Source of the DNA: Eledone cirrhosa
Taxonomy: Eukaryota
Direction of reading: 5' to 3'
Length of the DNA: 64,000 nt
NCBI GenBank assembly: GCA_964016885.1
Contig: OZ024740.1
Span: 326,430,001-326,494,000 of the forward strand
The notes beneath the pieces are model-generated. The model did no database searches and was not told where the DNA came from. It worked only from the letters and a program-made list of their open reading frames with translations. A program made the position numbers and the translations under genes. Of this stretch, positions 12,952 through 26,423 are shown one piece after another (within the stretch, counting starts at the first letter, position 1; the number at the start of each line of letters is the position of its first letter).

Positions 12952-14254
12952 GGTGTTCGGGATAAATTTGACAGAATAATATTTGGTTGTTTTTTCAGAT
13001 GTTTTAAATTCATTCATGCCCACTAGGCTTTATTTGAAAGTTTAAACCCTCCTTCATTCATATATGTGATGACAACGAGAATGGATGACTGGGAGCCACC
13101 TGAATCATGGAAGAGAATAACTTGTATCATGATGATTCGCGCCGGCCATCAAAATAAGGAGATTATGGTCGCTGCTCAATGCTCCCTGAACACTGTAAAA
13201 ACAATCCGGCATGAACTGAAGAATTGCAATGGAGACTACGAGGCTGTGGCTAGAAGAAGGAAACATAACAGAAGATCTGATTGCTCTCGCACAGCAGAAT
13301 TCATCGAAAATCTGCAGAAAAAAGTGTTGGAGGACCCTGGCATCGGAATTCGGTCTTTGTCGCGTGAATTGAATGTTTCAGCCTCTACTATGAAAATTGC
13401 ACTCAATGAAGACCTTCGCTACTACTCATACAAGCGTCACAGAGGTCAACTTCTCACAGAAAAGGCCCGCGAAAATCGTCTGACAAAGGCGAAGAAACTT
13501 CTGAGCAAAGTGAAACATCCTGCTGAAGCACAAACAATCTGGTTCTTTTCCGATGAGAAAAACTTTTGCCAAGATCAAAAACACAACACGCAGAATAACA
13601 GATGACTTGCATACAGTCCAAAGGACACTCCTCGAGTCATGCAGACTAAATTTTCCCAAACTGTCATGGTTTTTGGATGTGTGTCCTCCGAGGGTGATGT
13701 GATGCCTCCGCATTTTTTCAAACAGAGTCTCAGGTTGAATTCAGATGCCTACGTGGAATTGCTAACCACTGTAGTTAAGTCCTGGATAACAAGGGTAGCC
13801 AATAATAGGCCGCATGTATGGCAGCAGGATTCGGCCCCCTGCCACACCTCGTGGAAAAGTCAAAAATGGTTGTCAGCCAATTTTTACGACTACACCAGTC
13901 CCAATGTTTGGCCTCCGAACTCCCTTGATCTTAACCCGATGGACTATTATGTATGGGGCGCTGTAGAGAAAGACACCAATCGCCGTGCCAGTACTACAAA
14001 AGCCCAGTTAATCGACAGAATTAAAGTAGTTTTTGAGGGCCTTCCCAGGGAAAGTGTAAAATCAGCTTGCTCCAGGTTCTGGGCCCGGATTGAGGCTGTA
14101 ATAGACGCTAATGGCGGTTATTTTGAGTAAAACTCTTTGACAATAGTGTAATTTCCTTGTCCATTGAATTTCTTTTAAATCAAATAAATTTTGTAGATAC
14201 CAAGCACTTTTTCTTTTTCCTGATGAAACTGTCAAATTTATCCCGAACACCCTG
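12949..14254 (+). mobile_element. Full-length Tc1/mariner DD37D (maT) transposon
   Basis: Perfect 26-bp TIRs CAGGGTGTTCGGGATAAATTTGACAG (12949-12974; 14229-14254) flanked by TA within a (TA)n tract; 1306 bp. Confidence 0.95.
13066..14130 (+). pseudogene. DD37D transposase with a single in-frame TGA (13603-13605)
   Basis: Two ORFs in the same frame; N-terminal HTH region, FFSDEK, WQQDSAP, then 37 residues to the D of DLNPMDYY. Confidence 0.92.
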
Positions 14255-14266
14255 TATATATATATC

Positions 14267-16930
14267 CGGACTGCCTGGCGTTATAAAAGACAGATTCTAT
14301 GAGTCATTAATGCTCACTTTCTCCCAAATAACCGACAGTGACTACATAATTATTGCTGGCGACCTAAATGGTCACGTTGGACAACATTGTGATGGCTATG
14401 ACGGAATCCATGGAGGCTATGGGTTTGGTACTAGAAATGAGGAAGGCTCCAGAATCCTGGAATTCTGTGATGCAAATAACCTAACTATCTGTAACACTAA
14501 CTTCAAAAAACGAGACAATCACTTGATCACTTATAGATCAGGGGAACACGCCAGTCAGATAGATTATATCCTTACCAAAGACGTGACAGAGTGTCTGTTG
14601 TAAACACTAAATCCCTCCCCCATGAAGAATGCACCTCCCAACATAGACTCATAGTTAGGACGAGACGTACTCAACAGAGGAGGACTATCCTCAGGAGAAA
14701 AATATGGAAGCTAAAGGACCCCACAGCCAGTAATAAATTTAAAAGCATATTACTTGATGCTTTTGACAGTAAGGAAGAGCAATTAGAGTCGTACAATATA
14801 GAGGAACAGTGGGAATTCCTGAAAGCTAACCTGCTGAAGGTGACAGATGAAATCTGTGGCTGGAGCAGACCTATAGGCAGGAGAGTAACGTGGTGGTGGA
14901 ACAGTAAGGTGGAGGAGTCAATCAAGGCCAAAAAGCAGGCTTGGAAAGTAGAGAAGACTATCAAGTGGTCAGGAGGGAAGCTAGGAGACAAGTATACTTC
15001 GCAAGAAGGGAAGCATAGGAAAGAAAGTTCAAGCATGTTCTACAACGCGAGGAACAAAAACGTGAGGTGTTCAGGATTGCTAGGAAATGTGTCAAAGAAA
15101 ACCGTGATATTGTCGAGGAGAAGTGTGTCCTTAATGATGATGGTGTACTTGCCATCACTGACGCTGATAAGAAGGTAGCTTGGAAGTGTCACTACGAAAG
15201 GCTACTAAATGAGAATAAATGGGAGAAAGACAGTCTCCCCCACATCGATCCAATAGAGGGACCAGCAGTGCAAGTTGAAGGTAGTATAATAAGTAAGGCA
15301 ATCAAAGATATGAAGACGGACAAGGCGGTTGGGCCTTCGGAAATAGTTGCTGAAATGCTGAAAGCATCTTGAACGGTGGGACACACTATGGTCACCCGGA
15401 TAGTAAACCAAGTCATACAGAATGGGGTCGTACCGAAGGACTGGCGTAGCAGCATCATCATTAATTGCTACAAGGGTAAAGGAGATGCCCTAGATAGGGG
15501 AAACTATAGAGGCATTAAATTAATTGACCAGGTCATGAAGGTCACAGAAAAAGTGATAGCACAACTAATCAGAGAGCGAATTGATCTAGATGAAATGCAG
15601 TTCGGGTTTGTGTCAGGTAAAAGTACCACAGACACTCTTTTCATTGTACGACAACTACAGGAGAAGTACCTAGCAAAAAGTAAACCCCTATACTTAGCTT
15701 TTGTTGACTTGGAGAAAGCCTTTGACAGAGTCCCTCGCCCCATTATCTGGTGGGCTCTCAGAAAACTAGGTGTTGATGAATGGCTTGTGAGAGCTATACA
15801 AGCCATGTATAAAGAAACAGTCAGCAAGGTTAGAATTAACAACGAATATAGTGAAGAGTTTAGCGTAAAAGTTGGTGTTCATCAGGGCTCCATCATTAGC
15901 CCCCTCCTATTTATTATTGCCCTTCAGGCTATAAAAGAGGAGTTCAAGACTGGCTGCCCATGGGAACTCCTATACGCTGATGATCTAACGCTTATAGCTG
16001 AATCAATGGCTGAACTAGAGAAGAAATTCCAAACATGGAAGCATGGCCTAGAATCAAAAGGCCTTAAAATTAACCTGTCTAAGACTAAAGTTCTAGTATG
16101 TAGGAAGGAAAATAAGGCACTGGTCCCATCTGGGAAATGGCCATGCTCAGTGTGTAGGAAAGGAGTAGGCAGAAACTCCATTTTATGTCCCAAATGCAAA
16201 GTATGGGTGCATAAAAGATGTAGTGGGAACACAGGTAAGCTAACTAAGAATATAGATTTTATATGTGGCCGGTGCTCAGGTGCAATAAGTAGCAGCAAGT
16301 GCCCACAGAATACTAGCTCATTCCATTGCACAGATGGTTCTATAGAAATAATGGACACCTTCCGTTACCTGGGTGACAAAATAAGCAGTGGTGGAGGGTG
16401 CTCTGAAAGTACAGTATCTAGAGTCAGAACGGGATGGAAAAAGTTCAGAGAGCTTATACCACTATTGGCTGCTAAAGGTTTCTCTCTAAAAATGAAAGGC
16501 AGGCTGTATGATGCCTGCATACGAACAGCAATGTTACATGGCAGTGAGACTTGGGCATTGTGTGCAGAGGATCTACGCAGACTGATGTGTAATAGTAATA
16601 TACGTGAACGGCAAAGCATAAATGAACTACCCCCACCCACCCCTTTCGATGTAAAGTTATGTTGGTACCACAACATCCAGTCCTAAATAAATGAGGTCGT
16701 GTAGGTGTCACGACAAAAAAAACACACAGTCCACGCTGTAATGTGGCCGTGTAGGTAACACGGTAAAAACCTCCCAGTCCACACTGTAAACGTGGTTGGT
16801 GTTAGGAAGGTCATCCAGCCGTAGAAAACCCGCCAGACAGTCCTATACGAGCAAGACAACCAATCTTGCCTCAAGTGGGACAATTCCCGTCCAAACCCAT
16901 GCTAGCGTAGAAGATGGACGTATGATGATG
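14267..16930 (+). mobile_element. 5'-truncated RTE-clade LINE (APE remnant, RT, PHD finger, 3'UTR, (TGA)n tail)
   Basis: GDLNGHVG and QIDYIL endonuclease motifs; RT motifs FVDLEKAFDRV, GVHQGS, LLYADD, FRYLG; frameshifts, a stop and a 3' deletion near 16630. Confidence 0.95.
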
Positions 16931-17169
16931 ATATATATATATATAGGGGTCCGGGTAAATTTTCAATCACATACATTTTTATTGTTTGACCCGAATTACT
17001 TGGTCGTTTCTTTGGCTGTGCGGATGTTTTGTTTAACCATCATCTCAGTGTGTTTGGCCTTTAACGTATGTTGTAGCTCTGATTCATCTGAATCATCGAG
17101 CGCTTGCCACACATCTCGGAAGTTGTTTTTCGTTAATTCCTAAACCGAAATACGATTCTCGCTAATTTA

Positions 17170-17226
<57 letters not shown>

Positions 17227-19748
17227 GGGTTATTGTTTTGTTTGGTTCAAATACGAAGACCGATAAAATAAAGTACAAACCCCAACTATACCCACCACCA
17301 CCCTAACCATGTGACCCTGAGCCTATGCTAGAAATCAAAGGCAAAAAAAAACCGGTTTCCTGACACCTGTTACTTTTGCGTATAACAATATTTTGACAAC
17401 GTACCCAGTATGAGTTACTTCTCTTTGATATAGCCTCCACTTCACATTTAATCAAAGATGGAAAGTACGATGAATTGATAGATGGTGAAAAGATAATACC
17501 ATATTTGATGGCATATTTAGGACCCGTCGACATATAAGAACCCCTCCCCATTTCAGGGTGGGGGATTATTCAGAAGAAAAAAAAAGAATTAGCCTATCAG
17601 ATGCCCCAAAGACCAGGGCGATATTTTGTAGCCATTTAATCGGGTTGGAGGGGGTAGGGTTACATACCATTCAAATACGGCAATTAAGATGATTGTGCAT
17701 TTAAAAAAATATATCTACGATTAAAACCTGTTTTTACCTATGTATTTCAATGTCGAGAATAATAAAACTGCAAAAAAATATATTTTCTAAATATTTCTAT
17801 TACGAATAAGGATTTTAAACATTGTAGATAAGTATCCTCAACCATTTTGGGGTGTTAATTTAGGCAGTGATTTTTTAAATTCTTCCCTTCACCTTTAAAA
17901 TATTAAATGTTAAATTGCTTTTGAATAATTTCGAAAAATTAAATTTAAAGGGAGGGAAAACTAGTATCTCAAAAGCTCTACTATTCGTACTGAAAGATAA
18001 AAGTAATCTTTAAAGATGTGAGCCAACGAGGGAATCTTAAGTGGTTGCTCTATCTACCGGCTAGAAATCGGATTTAAATCACTCTTAATTTACATCCTAT
18101 TGTCTTAACATTGGGTAATGTCTAAACATACAAAAAGACGGAGTAGTCACGGCTTAAGTGCCTTTTATCATAGATCGGCTCACTCAGGATCGACATATGA
18201 CTAAACAACAATAGTAAGGGTGATCGAGTGCAAGATGCGGAAACGTTTTGAAATCCCACCGGGATTGACTATATTTCATACCTAATAAAATATGAACTGG
18301 GTCGATTCAATAGACTCCTACAAACTTGTGTGGCCTTCTGTTAATGTAAAATGAAAACCAAAATGATCTCGGCCCTTATAGTTCAACGAGGTAAAAATTC
18401 TGGGTCAACGAACAGATATAATCAATGGGTTCAATATAATTTATATACGGTTGTTGTTTAGTCCCAGGGCAGTCCTGATTGCGAGAACATGATTGATTAA
18501 AGGCATTACAACCATACCACATCTTATTTTCGGGCAAAATACATTTCATAAGTACCAGTAATACACTGGGTATTTGCTGGTCTTGTGCCAAATGTAGAAA
18601 CAATTATACAATATCCATTTAAAAAAGATAATGTTTGGTATGATTTGATTACTATTTTTAACCACGTAAAGACTCCCGCGTTGGATAATATACTTGTGTG
18701 TACGCGCCAAAGTTCAGCTTATAAACCCTTAAAAAATTGTTTCTTATATACAGTAATATAGTTTTTTTGATGTGGTTAATCATTAATTGTTTCTACTTTT
18801 GGCACAAGGCCAGCAATTACCCAGTGTATTATTGGTACTTTATTTTATCGACCCCGTAAGGATGAAAGGCAAAGTTAACCTCAGCGGGATTTAATCATTA
18901 ATATTAAAAAGTGGTTATATATTGTTGGTATAAATCTAATTTGTTACTCTATTGCTAGAATGATTATTACGAAGGCATAGTCTACTATATACTTATATAA
19001 ATCATCCAGGATGTAAATGGAATTATGATAGAAGAAATAAGACAATATGTCATTTGTTTCTTGTCTCTCTCAAGGACGAGCAGCTTCGGTGAACTAAAAT
19101 GGCTATATAAATAATAAATCGAAACAACTCAACCAAATAATTTTTTGGTTTGGCACTGTGTTTGCTTGAGATTTATAGAGGGTAGGGAGAAATCAGCCTT
19201 GTGATATTCAAGCCTTACCGAAAGGCATCATCCGCCTAGAACATTTATGCATCCATTCGACTTGCTAGAAATAGTAGGCAATCTCTATCAAATCACACCC
19301 CCACCGTCTTAAATAGAGAACAGACTGGACAATAAACAACAAGACAAGATAGTTATGGGTGGAATGCCTTTCATTATAGATCTATTCAACCAGGGCCGAC
19401 TTGGGTCTAAACATCAAGATGGCTAGAGGTGATTAAAAACAAAGTAATTACTTACTCAGAACCAAGGCTTGACGTTATTTATATATATATATAGGGAATA
19501 TATAAAAATATCTAATGTTCATACCCTTCCCAAAGCCATACATAGTTTATTTAAGTGAAAAGGAAATCGCCACAATAAAAAAAAATATTACAAATCTTGA
19601 GTCACTATTTGTCTTTCCCCAAAAGATTAGCGATGTTACTGAAATAAAATAGTTACAACTAAATATGAAAAAAAAGGCATTGACTTACATTGGAAAATAG
19701 TGTGGAAGAGTGTCTTTACAGACCTCTGTTTGTTAAAAAGAAACGGAC

Positions 19749-19808
<60 letters not shown>

Positions 19809-20496
19809 TAGGTAGATAGATAGATAGATATGTATATATATATAAAAAGAGATGTCTAGTCGTTGGTTTGGTTGCGTTTATACGAGACTAGACCGATTCA
19901 AAGCAGTTGAAACTGCGATTGTTGTTGTTTCGTTTTTTACATTAGAACAAGGGTCAGTGGGTCCGTGTCACTTATTAGTCGACTCATTAAACTATTCTAT
20001 CTGATAATGAAAGCCATAACAAAAATTTAAAAAATAATTAATCGATTATTTTTCGTTAAAAAAAAAAAACTGTTTTAAGATAAGATGTTAAGGGAAATAA
20101 GGCAAACCAACAAGTCTTACGAACTGGCTAATGTCGTAAGAAATTTATAGCTTTGCATTCATACTCATGAAATTGAGACAGGTAGTCTGGTAGCATACAA
20201 AAATAGACAACTAAAATTCATACAAAGCCAGTAACCAAATTCACACATAATATATAATTCCATACAAATTAATATTGACAATTGTAGTGTAGAATATTTT
20301 AATTTTTATTTTAGCCAATTTACGAGCATATAGCTTACATAGGACAAATACGCTTATTATAGCGAAGGAATTCGTTCGTTTTTATTATTAAAGCCATCAG
20401 TTAATTAGTCTCTCTCTTACATAGAGAAAGAGAGAAAACGTAAATACAAAATCATCGTGCATTGATAGACTTGTTGGTAATCTTGCTGATTGAGTA

Positions 20497-20931
20497 AATT
20501 AGTTAAAGTCGAAGATAACGATAATGGAAAATACATAAACAAAAAAGGTATTTCACTTTCTTGAATGACCGAAACGAATTACGTTTTCAGTAGGTATTTC
20601 TAAATTAACTAAAATATTATTTTTAATCTACGTGTTTTTAAAATTAAATTGGTTTTACATGTATATGAAACGTTAAGTATATTTTGTTTGAAAAGATGAA
20701 AATTACATTAGATATGCAAACTGAATTTAAAAAGAAAATTGTTTGTATTTGTTATGAAATTTTCATCCTCGCAGAGAAAATATACTTAACGATTCATGTA
20801 TATTTCAAAATAATTACATTTTAAAAAGCACGTGTATTATGAAATCAATATTTAAATATCTGTTCGTTTCGGTATTTAACAAGCCAAGATACTTCTTACA
20901 TTCTCCATTATCATCAGTTTCATTTTAACTA
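20497..20931. mobile_element. Long-TIR palindromic MITE
   Basis: ~435-bp imperfect palindrome; its termini are related to the inverted pair 10907-10985 / 11558-11636. Confidence 0.6.
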
Positions 20932-21357
20932 CGCACGTAATCGGTAAGACTTTATTTAAATCGCGATAAAAAAAAAAAAAGTAGAAAATAAACCACAGAA
21001 ACATTTTCTAATGATAATGGCAAAACCTAGTTTAAGTTACTATGCATAAAACATTTAGCGATCGAAAATAGCTAAGAGTATTATAATAAATAAAATGGAA
21101 AAGGTACTTTATTTTCTTGAGGTACAGGGTAAGTTCTGTATCAGATGAAGAAATGTCATTGAGAAAGACCATTACGCAATTTGCGAGGTCATGCTGACCA
21201 AAAAACGAGGAAAGTAACTACGCGCGAGAACATAATCTTGTGACAATAAGTATGTAAATAATAATTGTTTCTACTTTAGGCACAAGGCCAGCAATTACCT
21301 AGTGCATTACTGGTACTTTATTTTATCGACCCCGTAAGGATGAAAGGCAAAGTCAAA

Positions 21358-21580
21358 TGAAAATATTGTGTACAGTGCTCAGGTGCACTACAACTCATCA
21401 AAAGTGTATGTATAGTACATAGGGTAATGTACAAACGTCAGGAAAATGAACAGTGCATGAGTCATGATATACACATGTGTGCATGTATATGGAAGAGGGA
21501 CATCAGGTGTAGTTTTGGCGAATTTCGGGAAGCATGAGGGTTTTAAGGAGGATAACAAAATATTGTTCACTGGCAATATC
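21358..21580 (-). mobile_element. CR1-like LINE 3'UTR fragment
   Basis: Reverse complement of 56270-56465. Confidence 0.75.
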
Positions 21581-21809
21581 CACAGATTTGTAGAAGGTAT
21601 GAATGAAAGTAGACAATTGAATCAGCCATATTCATAATTATAACACGATTGTTACTATTGAAATGCAAGCCGAAATTAATACCAGCGAGGGAATTCTACG
21701 TGGTTGTTTGACATGTTAGAAATAGTAGCCAAGCCCAAACTGCCTTAAGAAAGAAGCTCGCGCTAAAAGCGTGACAAGAGGAATCAGTGGAGAGTAGTGG
21801 ACCCCGAAC

Positions 21810-22100
21810 ACAAAATTTCTTCTGGCCTATCTTCGTTTTCTTGGGGGCAGACTCCTTAAACACGTCTCCCAGAGAGTCCTATCAGAAGCAACCGTCTCCA
21901 AATGATCCGACTGGATCCCAAGCATGACCAACCGAGCTTATGGATGTTATCCAACCATTTTTCTCTTGGTCTACCTATCTGTCACCTGTCGGTTGGCTTT
22001 TCCCGTAAAATATACCCAGCGATTCTTTCATTAGATATTCTAACCTCATCCCGTAGTACTGGAGCTGTAATCTCTCGATGCGGAGAAGTCTGCTTGGCTC
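21810..22100 (-). mobile_element. Rex3/Expander-like LINE 3' fragment
   Basis: Reverse-complement homolog of 4870-5150. Confidence 0.75.
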
Positions 22101-22519
22101 ATCATACCATTTAACTAAAATCGCGTGCCAAAAGTTCTTTTGCTTACGGTCGATGAGAAAACTTGTTACCTCTCTGGGACACATTGAATGATGTCCTAAA
22201 TAAAAATAAAATAAAATAAAATAAAGGGGAAAACAGTCGAAACATCTTTGAATAAGGGTCTTCTTCACCAGATTCGACTTGGGCTAATCAACAACCGAGA
22301 TCAGGGGCTTCTTGGCTTCCATGCTATGATAATAAGTTTTCTTTTCTAGCTGTGTCAACTAAATACTCCAGTGTCCATTCATGTATTTAATATCCTTGCT
22401 TTACAAGTGTACTTTCTAATCATAATTTCTCTAAAAAGGTAAGGGTTAAAACATAACGTAAAATATCTAATTAGGACAATGGGATTGATGAGTTAATATC
22501 TGTATACAACAACTTCGAC

Positions 22520-22890
22520 GGTATGCGATGGGGCCCACCTACAGCCCCGGCGGACAAAATGGAGAAGGTGTTTCCCCGGAGGACGGCAAGGGAGACGCGC
22601 TGGAAAAGCCACTCCAACTCGCGGGGCTCACACCTGCGGCTGGCCAGCTCAGCGCCTATGGTGGTGATTAAGGAGGTAGCCCTGGGGCCGAGGACACCTG
22701 AAGTCTCCACTGCCAGGGGTCCGACCGCAAACCTGTCGGAGAGCGACCGGTATTTGAGGAGTTTGGCCCCCTCAGCTCGACGTGTAGCAGAACCTGGGTC
22801 AGTCGCAGATTGCGGCTGCAGAAAGTGTCGGTGCAAGTGGTATCCCAGACGAGGGGTTTGCCACCGCGGAACGGGACGATGGTCATGCCA
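22520..22890 (-). mobile_element. Second CRE-like RLE fragment
   Basis: Highly similar to 47715-48070 with small indels. Confidence 0.85.
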
Positions 22891-24303
22891 TCTTCCTGTT
22901 CTCTCTAAAATAAAAATTACGCAAACCTAAAACGTTCATTATGTTCTACACACGATCATACATATTCTTGATTAACAGACTAGAATTGTGAGATTGTTTT
23001 TCAACAATGCACACAACAGTTTTTTAATTTTTTTCTATTTTGGCTACTTGCTATTAAAATCTAAAAAATTTTTAAAGTAAAAATCCTACGGAATTTCATT
23101 TTAGAACCATCTCACAGCAATCCGTGTGTGTGTGTGTGCGTGTGCGTGTGCGTGTGTGTGTGTGTTAATTATGGTTTCTTTAATGCACATATACACATTA
23201 CTTCAGGTTACTATTCACGCACTTGGAACAGAGTAGGTGCTTCGAATCAAACAAGAAGTGTTTTTATGGTCGTTCGACCTGTTAGAAATCACATCCTTAC
23301 GTCTTATGAAAATAGGGAGGATTCATTAGAAAAAGACAAGACTGTCTTTGCTAGAATGCCTCTGATCAATGGTAGGAGGCAAGGTGGATGTATTGAGTAA
23401 TTCGGGACGGGAGGGTATCGAGTTCAGAGAAAAAACTTTGTCATGGCAGTGAAAGGGGACACAACTCAGGTTTAGTGAGGAACGTTTATGAATCAGATTA
23501 CTTTTTAAATGTGTTGCCCTGATCTACCTGACCTCCAGCACTAGTCTCTCCACCACCTCAAACTTCTATAATACGCAATTTTTAAATCTACATTCCTTTC
23601 AAATGATCTCCTCTATATTTCCCTTCTCACATTACTAAACTGCAACAATTTAAACCAAGCTTATTTATTCTACTATTTTCTTGTCTGCAATGCAAGCATA
23701 GTACATCTATAACCCAACAAATTTTCCCCCTTCTACCTGTCTTGAAGGACAACTGTCTGAAACATTGATTTCTCTTCCGTTTCTCTACAGTACAATTACA
23801 TTGACTTTTTACTCTTGGTTGTACTGGAGGGTTGGGAAAGGGATTGTCCTGTTTTTGCTCATACCTTACCTGGATAATAATTACTGCACTGATGTAGACA
23901 ACCCATATTGCCACTAGATTTATTAATCTATTATTGTAACCTTATTAACCATACCCGGGTATTCAATAGAACCTTAAAAGGCTTTGTGTCAAGCCCATAA
24001 ACATTAAAAAAACAAAAACAAAACAACCATTACCAGTGGAACCCCACTTCACGAACGCTACTCATTAGAAACAATTTTTCCGAACATAAAACGTCTCGGT
24101 TAACGAACAGTGTAACAGACACGCAAGCAGGCAACAACAGTTGGTAACAAGCTGGGCGATCGTCGGGAAAGTATCACTTGTTGTGTAGTTTGTTATGATG
24201 GTGATACCTATCTGTCTTTCACTCACTGTATTCCTCCCTCAACATTTCGTATGGGAAAAATAGTTTCGGGTTACGAACATTTCGGGAGACGAACGGCCTA
24301 GAG

Positions 24304-24970
24304 CAAAGGTTCTCAACGAGGGGACGTTTTGGAGCAAGGGTGTGTGTGTGGGGGGGGGGGGTAGAAGCTTTGGGGTGGGGGCCGGCTGGATACCCCTTTA
24401 GTTTGGTAAGTTTTATAAATCATATGTGAATGCATTTGAATAAAGAAAACGAAGAAAGTAAATAAAAGAAGCTTGTCAACGAATTCCCTAGGGAGATAAA
24501 AGAAAAACAAAAGAAATCAAAGAAAATGAACGTAAGGACGTCAACTTTGACAACAGTTACAAGAACAACTTCAACAGAAATGACAACAAAAAGAAGCAAT
24601 GGTGATGAAAGTTGTGGGTGTATACATATACATACATACGAACATACACACACATGCATACATACACACATACATACACACATATATACACACAGAGACC
24701 TGCGTTAGTGTTTAAGGTTGAGAACCTGGTCAGCTTTTAGCCAGAGCTGTGGTATTTAATCTCCCTAGGTAATAGAATCTGGAGACAGAATTTTCTCCTT
24801 ACCCCAAAAGACAAAAACATAAATCATGTCAACATCCTTACACACTTAAATATAAATGCATGTATATATATATACAAATGTATAAATGCATAGCTATATA
24901 CATACGTAAATGTATGTATGTATGATTTATATATATATATAAATCTACATATATATATATATAAATCTAT

Positions 24971-25026
<56 letters not shown>

Positions 25027-26423
25027 CTACATACATACATACACTTACGTATGTATATAGCTATGCATTTATATTTAAGTGTGTAAGGATATATATACAT
25101 ATATGTGTGTGTATAATATATATATATTATACATACACACACGCGCATATATATATATATATATAGGTTCTACCACGGGCCGCATGTTTGAGCCCCCTGT
25201 TGTAGATAGATAGATAGACATGTACCAAACACACACATTTCTTACTCTCTCTGTCCCTCCCTCTTTCTCTCTTTATCTATATATATAAAAGCGAGGATGC
25301 GTGTGTGTCTGTGGACAACTAAGGCTTTTACAATTCCCAACCGAATTTGACCAAATTTTCTGTGCACGTTGCACCTGTCGCTAAGATGGTCACATCACAA
25401 AAAATTTTCAAATCGACCCACGTTGAGCAATAAAAAATCGATAGCAAAATTATTTTTTCTAAAGTCCTTATGGGACTTTCCATTCAAACTGTTGGGACCT
25501 ACAACTTTTCAGCTGTAGCTTGCACATTTTGTCACTCGCGACAAAATTGTAGGTGTTTATTCTCTGCACTACAAGGTTCTTAAGCGAGCATCGATTTTCT
25601 TCTAAGTCACATGCCTGTGTCAGCAAACCCATAAAAACTAAATCCTTATGGGATTTTCCATTCAATTTACTTCCTAGCTGTATATTCTTAGCATAATTTC
25701 AAACCCCAGGCAACGCCAAGTAAATCTGCTAGTATATATATGGTGTTGTTGAAAAGAGCAGTGGTCTTTGACCTGGCAATAAAAACTGGAGACAAAATTC
25801 TTTCTGTACCAAAACCAAGGCACACACACAAACGTTTGTGTGTTTTTGTGCATGTGTCCACGTTTATATGTGTGTGTGTGTATCTAATTATGTATATATA
25901 TATATAAGGGATACAGATAATCTTTTCTCACTGTCACCAAGCTTCTTAGTTCATTCGTTGCTACTAAGTATTTTATTTTGCAAGGTACTATTTTTCCCCC
26001 GAGTTTGTGATTTCAGAGAAAGGTAAGAAATTCTTCATATTTTGCATCTTTTGTATTTTGACTTTACAGTTTGAATTGTAGAATTGTCTATCCACTCAAA
26101 ATATTACAACAGCTAACAGTGAAATATAGAATTTAAAAAAAAAGAAGCTTTTTTGATTGAGATCAAATCTTTGAGAATATTCACGTCTATTTTTCAAAAA
26201 TATATAATTTGAAATAGTTTGCTTTTGTTTTGGACTGAAACTTTTTTGTATTTAATTCGTACGAGTATTTTTTAAAGATTCTAACATAACTTGATTTGGC
26301 CCAGTAATCTACTGATATCAAAATCAGTAGTATATTGAAAAATGGAAAAATAGGGTAGGGGGGCGTTTCGTGATTTCGAGGGGCAAAAGGGGGCGTTTGG
26401 CCGAAATGGGTTGAGAACCTTTG
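24304..26423. mobile_element. Non-autonomous hAT element
   Basis: Perfect 14-bp TIRs CAAAGGTTCTCAAC/GTTGAGAACCTTTG with an exact 8-bp TSD GCCTAGAG (24296-24303, 26424-26431). Confidence 0.88.
25276..25732 (+). mobile_element. Non-autonomous Helitron-like element
   Basis: A|TCTATATATATAAAA 5' end; degenerate GGCAACGCC subterminal hairpin, then CTAG|T 3' end. Confidence 0.65.

Noticed and set aside
14157-14603. A transposase-LINE fusion ORF
   Set aside because: The ORF merely reads from the transposon's non-coding end and TIR through (TA)n into the truncated endonuclease; it is an accidental junction.
14671-16711. Several minus-strand ORFs over the LINE, similar ones at 41459-42178 and 60603-61193, and the plus-strand 287-aa ORF at 47730-48593
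   Set aside because: They are antisense shadows of retroelement coding sequence.
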